Source of the DNA: Acidobacteriota bacterium
GTDB taxonomy: Bacteria > Acidobacteriota > UBA6911
Assembly (NCBI GenBank): GCA_963664705.1
Contig: OY761556.1
Coordinates: forward strand, 6,048,001-6,112,000
Direction: 5' to 3'
Length of the DNA: 64,000 nucleotides
Of the stretch, positions 56,657-64,000 are shown piece by piece (positions within the stretch are counted from its first letter, which is position 1; every line of letters begins with the position of its first letter). Under the pieces are notes generated by a model. That model was not told the origin of the DNA. It saw nothing but the letters and a program-made list of their open reading frames with translations, and did no database searches. The position numbers and the translations under genes are program-made.

Positions 56657-57790
56657 ATGAAGACCTCTTTGCTCAAAGAACTGGCTCACAAGCATGGCAC
56701 TCCACTTTTCATCGTGGATCACGATGAGGTTCGTGCGAACTACACTGCGTTCAGACGGCATCTGCCGCGCGTTCAGGCTTATTATGCCGTAAAGGCAAAC
56801 TCCGATCCTGCCATCCTGCGCACTTTATACAATATGGGCGCCAGCTTCGATGTTGCGTCGATCGCGGAGTTCATGCTTGTCTACGAGAATATTCGGGATT
56901 TGCCCGCGGATGTTCGCCAGGGTTTTATATGGGATAAGGTCATCTACTCTAACCCGATCAAGGATCAGCGGACCCTCGAGGAATTGGATCCCTATAAGCC
57001 GCTGGTTGCTTTCGATAACCACGAGGAAATCAAGAAGATTAAGAAGCACGCTCCCCATGCCGGGCTGACGTTGCGTATCCGTGTGCCCAACACAGGATCG
57101 ATGGTGGAGCTGTCCAGCAAATTCGGTGCATCTCCCGCAGAGGCGGTGGATCTGATTGCAAAAGCCTCTGATGCGGGATTAGCCGTAGAGGGCCTTGGGT
57201 TCCACGTCGGCAGTCAGTGCACCAATTTTGAGAATTATGTCCAGGCCCTATCAACATCCTCGGCGATCATCGAAGAAGCGGAATCGCGCGGATACTCCAT
57301 GAGGCTATTAGACATCGGCGGAGGCTTTCCGGTGCGCTATGACCGCCACGTGCGTCCATTCCGCGAGCTTGCAAAAATCCTCAGCGCCGAATTGAATCGT
57401 ATGTTTCCAAAGACCATGGAAATTCTTGCCGAACCGGGACGATTCATGGTCGGAACGGCTGCTACCGTGGTTGCCGCGGTTATTGGAAAATCCGAGCGCG
57501 ATGGGAAGCGGTGCTATTACATCAATGACGGAATCTATCATACCTACTCGGGCATTTTGTTTGATCACTGCCAATACTCCGTCAAGTCGTTCAAGAAAGG
57601 CTCCAAACGCATATCGGCTGTCTTCGGTCCGACCTGCGATGCCCTCGATACCATATCCCAGGCGGAGGCTTTGCCTGAGCTAAAGCTTGGAGACCTTGTC
57701 TACAGCGAAAATATCGGCGCATACAGCCATGCCTCGTCCACCTATTTTAACGGGTTTCCTCCCGCCAAAGTCCTGCACATCAATCGGTAG
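56657..57790 (+). CDS. Fold-type III PLP decarboxylase (ornithine/lysine/arginine)
   Basis: YAVKAN, FDVAS..E, KFG, FHVGSQ, LDIGGGF, EPGR, GPTCD..D, GAY....T.FNGF. Confidence 0.9.
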   Translation: MKTSLLKELAHKHGTPLFIVDHDEVRANYTAFRRHLPRVQAYYAVKANSDPAILRTLYNMGASFDVASIAEFMLVYENIRDLPADVRQGFIWDKVIYSNPIKDQRTLEELDPYKPLVAFDNHEEIKKIKKHAPHAGLTLRIRVPNTGSMVELSSKFGASPAEAVDLIAKASDAGLAVEGLGFHVGSQCTNFENYVQALSTSSAIIEEAESRGYSMRLLDIGGGFPVRYDRHVRPFRELAKILSAELNRMFPKTMEILAEPGRFMVGTAATVVAAVIGKSERDGKRCYYINDGIYHTYSGILFDHCQYSVKSFKKGSKRISAVFGPTCDALDTISQAEALPELKLGDLVYSENIGAYSHASSTYFNGFPPAKVLHINR

Positions 57791-57797
57791 GAAAGCA

Positions 57798-60647
57798 TCA
57801 GTTGTTCTGCTGGATTCGCAGGAGAGCTTCGGTCAATTCCTTTATTGAAAATGGCTTTTGAAGGAAATGTGCCCTGGCTTGCGACAGATTTTCGCTGGAT
57901 ATGATCTCGGATGCCCAGCCGGAAACAAACAGGCATTTGAGATTTGGATGCCGGGCCAGCAGTACCTTGGCCAGTTCCTGCCCGTTCATTTCCGGCATCA
58001 CAAGATCTGTCATCAGGATGTCGATCTTTCCCGGATGCTCGTTAGCCAGGAGGATTGCTTCTTTGGGGTTGGGCGCGGATAGGACGTTGTATTTCTGCTG
58101 TTGGAGCATGAGAGTCGCCAGTCGCAGGACGGAAGGCTCATCCTCAACCAATAAAACCGTATTTTGAGTATTCTGGATCGGTTCGACCGGTTTTGAAGAT
58201 ATCTCGATTTCCTCCCCTTTGTGGCGAGGCAGATAAATTTCAAAGCGCGTTCCTTTCCCGGGTTGGCTGTTTACATCGATGTAGCCGCTATTCTGTTTGA
58301 CTATGCCATACACCGTCGCCAATCCAAGTCCTGTACCCTTGCCGAGTTCCTTGGTCGTAAAGAACGGCTCGAAGATATACCGGAGGATTTCTTCCTCCAT
58401 GCCGACACCCGTGTCGCTGACGGCCAGAAGCACATAATCTCCCGGCAGGCAGTTGCTGTGTGCGGAGCAATAGCTTTCATCCAGCCTTGTATTGGCTGTT
58501 TCTATGGTTAGCGTGCCGATGCCGTGAATGGCATCCCTGGCGTTGACCGCGAGATTCGCCATGATCTGATCGATCTGTGAAGGATCCATTTCAACCAGCC
58601 AGAGGTCATGACCGGGATTCCACACCATTTTGATATCTTCACCAATCAGCCGTTGGAGCATCCTTGCCATGCCCGATACCGTCTGATTCAGGTCCAAGGC
58701 TCTGGGGACAACGGTTTGTTTTCGCGCAAATGCCAGCAACTGCCGAGTGAGGTCCGCAGAGCGTTGCGCCGCCTTTTGAATTTCAGTCAAATCTTCATGC
58801 AGAGGTTGGGTTGGATCGGTCTGTTCCAGTGCCAGCTCGGTATGTCCAAGGATAACTCCAAGCATATTGTTGAAATCATGTGCCACGCCTCCGGCAAGGC
58901 GCCCCACCGACTCCAGCTTCTGCGCATGCTGCAGCTGTTCTTCCAGTCTGGACCGCTCCTCTTCCGCGGTGTGTCGTTCGGTTACATCCTGCACTGTCGA
59001 AACCATCAAGTTCTGGTCATAGAGTGGGATGTTGATAGCACAGACAAATCTCTTTTCGCCACTGGCGGTTGTAATCGGTACGTCGTCCCATCGCAAACGG
59101 GATGGATCGCCGCTGGCCATGTCCGCCATGACACGCGTGCGCAACTGTTCGCGGAATACCGGATCTGAATATACTTTTTCGAAGTATTCATCCACCGTCT
59201 GGAGACTGCCGTGCGGCACGCCGTAGATTTCCTCAAATTTCGAGCCCACAAATACAGTCCGCCCGTCGTGGATGGTATTTACCGCAAAACCGATAGGGGC
59301 GTTTTCGAGAATCTTTTCAATGAAGGAGTTCCTTTCCCGCAACGCTTTGTCGGCCAGTTTGCGCTCCGTGATATTTTCGCTGAAAATAATGATGCCGGCT
59401 ACCTGGCCGGCAGAATCGTGCCAGGGGTGTACTTCCCATCGAATCCATATCACAGTGCCGTCGGCCAGCTCGATCGAATCTTCTTCCGCGCGAACAACCT
59501 CGCCGGCCAACCCCCGTTGATGTGCCTCCCGCCAGCGCTCCGGCAATTCAGGAAGCAGGTCGTAGAGCACCAGGCCGCGCAGGTCGGTCTGAAGGAATCC
59601 ATTTTCCTTGACATAACGTTTGCTGGTGCTGATAAAGCGCATCTCACGATTGAACATGGCGATGGCAACCGGCGCGTTTTCGATAAACAGGCGCAGCCAT
59701 TGCTCCCTGTCCTTCAGCATCTTCTCCGCCTTCTTCAGTGCCGTAATGTCATGCAGCGTTACGAACACTTTATAAGGCTTCGTATGACCCTCTTTGAACA
59801 TGGGGGTCGCATTAATGCTCAGCCATACGAAATCATTCAAGCGCGGATTGAAAATGCCGGCCATCTGCTCCCGTATGGGTTTACCTGTCGCCATACACTG
59901 CATGGAAGGATGCTGTTCGCCGGGGATCTCCGTGCCGTCCTCGCGAATGACCCGCCAGTCGGGGTCCATGGAATCTCTGTTCAGGAACTGATCACGTGTG
60001 ATGCCGAAGAGATTCAGAATCGACGGATTGCAGTCTTCCAGCGCGCCATCGGACCGTTGATAAAAGGCCCCCTGAGCCATGTTTTCAAAAAGGGTCCTAT
60101 ATTTTGCTTCGCTATCAATCAGAGCGTCTTCCGTGCGCTTTCGTTCGGATATGTCCCGGCAGATACTTATGACAGCGGGTTTGCCCTGCCATTGAATGGC
60201 CCTGGCATTGACCTCGACGGGAATTCGCGTTCCATCCTTGCACAGCTGCGTTGTTTCGAACAGGACAACGCCCACTTCGGCCAGTTTTGTCAGGCGGTGA
60301 AGGCTGTCAAGATGACTGTCCGGTGCGTCCACCTCGTTGAGATTCTTGGTGATCAACTCTTCTCGCGTATAGCCAAGCTGGATGCAGGCGGGCAGGTTAA
60401 CCGCAAGAAGATTGGCTTCCATGTCCGTAATGAAAATTGCATCGGCTGCATTGTCAAACAGCACCCGATATCTGTCCTCGCTTTCGCGCAATGCGCTTTC
60501 TACGGGAGTGGGTGCGGTCGCATCGGAATGAACCTTTGATGTTCGGGTCGCAGGAGAAAGCAGCGATTCCAGTTCCTGGATTCGCGCTTTCAGGCTTGCG
60601 ATTTCTTCCGCCAACGCCGCTTTGCTTCGACTTGAATTGCCGGCCAT
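57798..60647 (-). CDS. Multi-PAS hybrid sensor histidine kinase/response regulator
   Basis: Four PAS repeats, [40 protein letters not shown], receiver domain LLVED...TDLVMP. Confidence 0.95.
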   Translation of the reverse strand: MAGNSSRSKAALAEEIASLKARIQELESLLSPATRTSKVHSDATAPTPVESALRESEDRYRVLFDNAADAIFITDMEANLLAVNLPACIQLGYTREELITKNLNEVDAPDSHLDSLHRLTKLAEVGVVLFETTQLCKDGTRIPVEVNARAIQWQGKPAVISICRDISERKRTEDALIDSEAKYRTLFENMAQGAFYQRSDGALEDCNPSILNLFGITRDQFLNRDSMDPDWRVIREDGTEIPGEQHPSMQCMATGKPIREQMAGIFNPRLNDFVWLSINATPMFKEGHTKPYKVFVTLHDITALKKAEKMLKDREQWLRLFIENAPVAIAMFNREMRFISTSKRYVKENGFLQTDLRGLVLYDLLPELPERWREAHQRGLAGEVVRAEEDSIELADGTVIWIRWEVHPWHDSAGQVAGIIIFSENITERKLADKALRERNSFIEKILENAPIGFAVNTIHDGRTVFVGSKFEEIYGVPHGSLQTVDEYFEKVYSDPVFREQLRTRVMADMASGDPSRLRWDDVPITTASGEKRFVCAINIPLYDQNLMVSTVQDVTERHTAEEERSRLEEQLQHAQKLESVGRLAGGVAHDFNNMLGVILGHTELALEQTDPTQPLHEDLTEIQKAAQRSADLTRQLLAFARKQTVVPRALDLNQTVSGMARMLQRLIGEDIKMVWNPGHDLWLVEMDPSQIDQIMANLAVNARDAIHGIGTLTIETANTRLDESYCSAHSNCLPGDYVLLAVSDTGVGMEEEILRYIFEPFFTTKELGKGTGLGLATVYGIVKQNSGYIDVNSQPGKGTRFEIYLPRHKGEEIEISSKPVEPIQNTQNTVLLVEDEPSVLRLATLMLQQQKYNVLSAPNPKEAILLANEHPGKIDILMTDLVMPEMNGQELAKVLLARHPNLKCLFVSGWASEIISSENLSQARAHFLQKPFSIKELTEALLRIQQNN

Positions 60648-60832
60648 GCGAACCCCCAGACATCGATATGGAACCGGGAAAGTGATGGCATCTTACGTAA
60701 GATTTGATTGCACTGCAACTAAATGCGTGCAAAGAAAACAGTTCGCGGAGGAGGTGGCCGCGCTCTTGCTGGTGAGATGCCGAATGCTGCAGGATATTTG
60801 CTCAAGGAGCTTGGAAGCGCAATGCATATCAG

Positions 60833-60980
60833 CCCAGGGATTAGAGCATATGATATGCAGCCTTAGCCGGGATGGCGGCACTCCCAGCGAGTCCTCCCCA
60901 GTTTAGGTCTGGAATCTGGAATTTGGAATCTGAAATTCTGCAGATAATATGCGGCATTAGGTGAGACGCCGGCGCTCCCA
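60833..60980 (-). repeat. Dispersed repeat, copy 3
   Basis: Minus strand TGGGAGCGCCGGCG..GCCGCATATTATCTGC, heptamer tract, TGGGAGTGCCGCCATCCCGGCTAAGGCTGCATATCATATGCTCTAATCCCTGGG. Confidence 0.85.
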
Positions 60981-61106
60981 ATAGCTGCATTTCCGGTCGT
61001 TAGGGATGGCGGGGAAAAAAGGACGACCACCGGTTCGCCAGCTTTTCAACCAGGCAAGGACACTGATTATAAGAAAAGCTGGTGAACGAGTGGTATGTCC
61101 CGAAAC

Positions 61107-62186
61107 TTATCCGTTCTTCTTTTCGAATTCCTTCATGAATGCAACAAGTGCGTTGACGGATTCCAGGGTGATTACATTGTAGAGGCTCGCCCGGATGCCA
61201 CCAACGGAGCGATGTCCTTTCAGGCCGATGAGCCCTTCTTTCTTGGCCTTTGAAACAAACTCCTCCTCCAGAGGCTCGCTCGGCAATCTCCACACGATAT
61301 TCATTGTGGACCGGTGCTCCTTTTTGACGGGGGAGCGCCAGAATTCGCTGGAGTCGATGGTCTGGTAGATCGCGGCGGCCTTTTGTTCATTCACTTTCTG
61401 TATCGCCGCAACGCCGCCCTGAGCTTCGAGCCAGTCGCAGGTCAGCATGGTCATGTACACTCCCCAGGTGTTCGGAGTGTTATAGAGGCTGTTTTCCTTT
61501 ATGTGTGTGGAGTAGCGCAAAATGACCGGCACCTCTGCCGGAGCACGGTCGGCCAGCTCTTTTTGCATGATAATGACGGCCATTCCTGAGGGGCCGATGT
61601 TTTTCTGCGCGCCTGCATAGATGAGCCCGAATTGACGCACGTCAATCGTGCGGGAAAGTATGTCGCTCGACATATCTACGAAGAGCGGTGTGCTTGTTTT
61701 TGGATATTCCGGCCACTGAATTCCGTTGATGGTCTCGTTGGAGCAGATGTGGACGAATTCGGCATCCGGCTTCAAATTCAATTCTCCAAAGTCCGGAATG
61801 CGTGAGTAGCTGTCCTTTTTGCCGCTCCAGGCGACGTTGACGGCGCCCAGGATCTTGGCTTCGCCGATCGCTTTCGATGCCCAGCTTCCCGTATCCACAT
61901 AGTCCGCGCTCTTTCCTGGTCTCCTGAGATTCATGGGAAGCATAGCGAACTGAAGGCTGGCGCCGCCTTGAAGAAACAGAACCGCATAATCATCCGGAAT
62001 ATTGAGCAGACGGCGCATCCCCGATTCCGCCTTGCCGATGATGTCCTCGAACTGTTTGGAACGATGGGACATCTCCATCACGGACATGCCTGTGCCGGCC
62101 ATCTCCATTAATTCCGATTTTGCTTTCTCCAGTACTGGTTCCGGAATGGCGGCCGGGCCCGCATTAAAATTATGTACACGTGCCAT
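61107..62186 (-). CDS. serC: Phosphoserine aminotransferase
   Basis: HNF.AGPA, SVMEMSHR, LQGGAS.QF, NETI.G, DMSS, YAGAQKN.GP.G, GHRSVGG.RAS.YN. Confidence 0.97.
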   Translation of the reverse strand: MARVHNFNAGPAAIPEPVLEKAKSELMEMAGTGMSVMEMSHRSKQFEDIIGKAESGMRRLLNIPDDYAVLFLQGGASLQFAMLPMNLRRPGKSADYVDTGSWASKAIGEAKILGAVNVAWSGKKDSYSRIPDFGELNLKPDAEFVHICSNETINGIQWPEYPKTSTPLFVDMSSDILSRTIDVRQFGLIYAGAQKNIGPSGMAVIIMQKELADRAPAEVPVILRYSTHIKENSLYNTPNTWGVYMTMLTCDWLEAQGGVAAIQKVNEQKAAAIYQTIDSSEFWRSPVKKEHRSTMNIVWRLPSEPLEEEFVSKAKKEGLIGLKGHRSVGGIRASLYNVITLESVNALVAFMKEFEKKNG

Positions 62187-62366
62187 AAGATGACTCCTGC
62201 TCCTTTGGATACATCGGCTTATATTACTAAAATAGTGGGAACTCTACGAGCATTGAATGGCTTTTTGCCTAAAAGACAAGCGGCCTGAGATAGTCGTCAG
62301 GATTTCGTGCCTATGCGCCATCTGTGATAAAATCCGCCCACACTGACCCCATAAACGGAGGATCGT

Positions 62367-62999
62367 ATGGCAGAAGATTCAGAAGACAAACGCCAAGGTG
62401 CGCTCTCTGGAATCAGTCGAAGAGGATTCCTGAGTTCCGTAAGCGCCGGCGCCGTAGTGGCCGCATCACTCAAAGACGCTCCAGTGGCCGAAGCCCAGGA
62501 GATTGAGGTGACGGGAAAGCCCGTCACGATCAGCCTCCTCGTCAACGGCAGTACCCGGAAGATATTGGTAGAGCCCCGCTGGTCGCTGGTATATGTGCTG
62601 CGCGAAGTTCTTGGGCTTACCGGGACCAAAATCGGCTGTGAGCGCGGCGAGTGCGGAGCCTGTACCGTGCTGATTGACGGGAAACCACGCTATTCCTGCA
62701 TGACTCTCGCGGTCGAGGCTGAAGGGCACGAGATTACGACCATTGAAGGGTTGATGACGGGCGATAGGCTGGGCCCCGTGCAGCAGGCCTTTGCGGATGA
62801 GGATGCGTTCCAATGCGGATTCTGCACGCCCGGACAGATTATGGCTGTTGAGGGAATGTTGCGCCGTAATCCGAATCCAACGATTGACGAGATACGGACC
62901 GGCGTCAGCGGGAATCTCTGCCGATGCGGTGCCTATAAGCCAATTTTCAAGGCTGCGGCCAAAGCGGCTGATTTGCGTAAACAGAAAGGAGGCGCGTAG
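62367..62999 (+). CDS. Tat-exported (2Fe-2S) subunit of a molybdenum hydroxylase (PaoA/YagT-like)
   Basis: SRRGFL Tat motif; GC..GECGAC, QCGFCTPG, GNLCRC. Confidence 0.92.
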   Translation: MAEDSEDKRQGALSGISRRGFLSSVSAGAVVAASLKDAPVAEAQEIEVTGKPVTISLLVNGSTRKILVEPRWSLVYVLREVLGLTGTKIGCERGECGACTVLIDGKPRYSCMTLAVEAEGHEITTIEGLMTGDRLGPVQQAFADEDAFQCGFCTPGQIMAVEGMLRRNPNPTIDEIRTGVSGNLCRCGAYKPIFKAAAKAADLRKQKGGA

Positions 63000-64000
63000 T
63001 GACCGAATTTTACGACAGACTCGAGGAAGATTTCCGGAACAGCTTCCAGCCTCCCGCTCCCGTGGATGAAAAAATGCCTTCCTGGGGCGAAACAAAGATT
63101 GTTGGCAAAGCATTGCCTCGCGTGGATGCTTTCGACCGGGTTTCCGGCAAGGCGGAGTTTACCTACGATGTCATCCTGCCGGATATGGTGTACGGTGCGA
63201 CTCTGCGCTGTCCGCATGCACATGCCAACGTAAAGAACATCGATACCAGCGCCGCGGAAAAGATGCCCGGGGTTGTGGCCATTATTACCGGAAAGTCTGC
63301 GGGTGCGGATATCGGTTGGTATGGAATGGGATTTGGCGGCGGCCCCTTGCAGAGCAAGCTTTTTGATCCGCACTGCCGGTATCAGGGGGACGAGGTGGCC
63401 GCGGTAGCCGCCCAAACCCCGTATCAGGCCTGGGACGCGGTCAAGGCTATCAAAGTAGAATACGAGGTACTTCCCTCCGTAGTGGATGAAGAAACAGCAA
63501 TGAAGCCGGAAGCGCCAAAACTCTTTGATGGCGGCAATTCAACCGGCAAGCCGACGCCTCAGAAACGCGGTGACGTGGACAAAGGATTTGCCGAAGCCGA
63601 TGTTGTTCTCGAAGAGACCTTCACGACCAGCGTCCAACTGCATGCTCCCATCGAGACTCACGGTTCGGTTGTGAAGTGGGAGGGGGAAAAGATAACTATC
63701 TGGGATTCCTCGCAGGGAGTCTATGACGCTGCCATGCTCTCGTTCGCCAGAACGATGAAAATGCCCTACAACAATGTGCGGGTAATTTGCCGGTATGTCG
63801 GCGGAGCATTTGGTGCAAAACTCGAGCTCGGTAAATACACCGTAATGGCGGCGCTTCTATCGAAGACGGCTTCCAAGCCGGTCAAGATGATGCTTACGCG
63901 GGAGGAAAACCTTCTCGCCATGGGTAATCGACCCGGCGCAAAAATGGCAGTGAAGGCCGGAGTGAAGAAAGACGGGACTTTGACTGCGCTGCAGCTTAAC
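62999..64000 (+). CDS. Xanthine dehydrogenase-family molybdopterin-binding subunit, 3'-truncated by the window
   Basis: GTG overlapping the previous TAG; MTEFYDRL...VGKALPRVDAFDRVSGKAEFTYD, CPHAHA, YVGGAFGAK; open to the window end, absent from the ORF track. Confidence 0.9.
   Translation, partial: MTEFYDRLEEDFRNSFQPPAPVDEKMPSWGETKIVGKALPRVDAFDRVSGKAEFTYDVILPDMVYGATLRCPHAHANVKNIDTSAAEKMPGVVAIITGKSAGADIGWYGMGFGGGPLQSKLFDPHCRYQGDEVAAVAAQTPYQAWDAVKAIKVEYEVLPSVVDEETAMKPEAPKLFDGGNSTGKPTPQKRGDVDKGFAEADVVLEETFTTSVQLHAPIETHGSVVKWEGEKITIWDSSQGVYDAAMLSFARTMKMPYNNVRVICRYVGGAFGAKLELGKYTVMAALLSKTASKPVKMMLTREENLLAMGNRPGAKMAVKAGVKKDGTLTALQLN

Noticed and set aside
59211-60539. 442-aa plus-strand ORF (and similar long shadows such as 55491-56579 and 13502-14419)
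   Set aside because: Fully overlap well-supported genes; expected in GC-rich coding DNA

Overview
A 64-kb, gene-dense bacterial chromosome segment; the tandem Gly-insert TolC pair and general gene content hint at Acidobacteriota, but that is inference. It opens in an alternative complex III (ActD-ActE fusion, ActF) plus type A2 caa3-like oxidase cluster. It then carries housekeeping and metabolic genes: trpB2, a TonB receptor, hydE, fused NfnAB, malic enzyme, a MacAB-type ABC system, two TolC, cimA, a Mo-hydroxylase/CoA-transferase/PhlABC-like acyl operon, ilvC, a polyamine operon, a hybrid kinase, serC and the start of a PaoABC-like operon. Intergenic DNA holds several families of palindromic REP-like repeats. 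The main results concern three unrelated IS elements that each sit in a repeat hairpin. (1) An IS110/IS1111 element is inserted at the GTAG of a REP, and its 3' non-coding region has a bridge/seekRNA-like fold whose loop sequences match the REP target and the element's own end. (2) A two-gene IS (winged-helix accessory gene plus DDE transposase) has a 13-bp target duplication that is exactly a hairpin of the same REP family. (3) An IS1634 lies at the apex of an imperfect palindrome with no target duplication. An unannotated Ile-rich leader-peptide attenuator lies upstream of cimA. No rRNA, tRNA or CRISPR array was seen. All protein calls come from motif recognition by eye; no searches were run.
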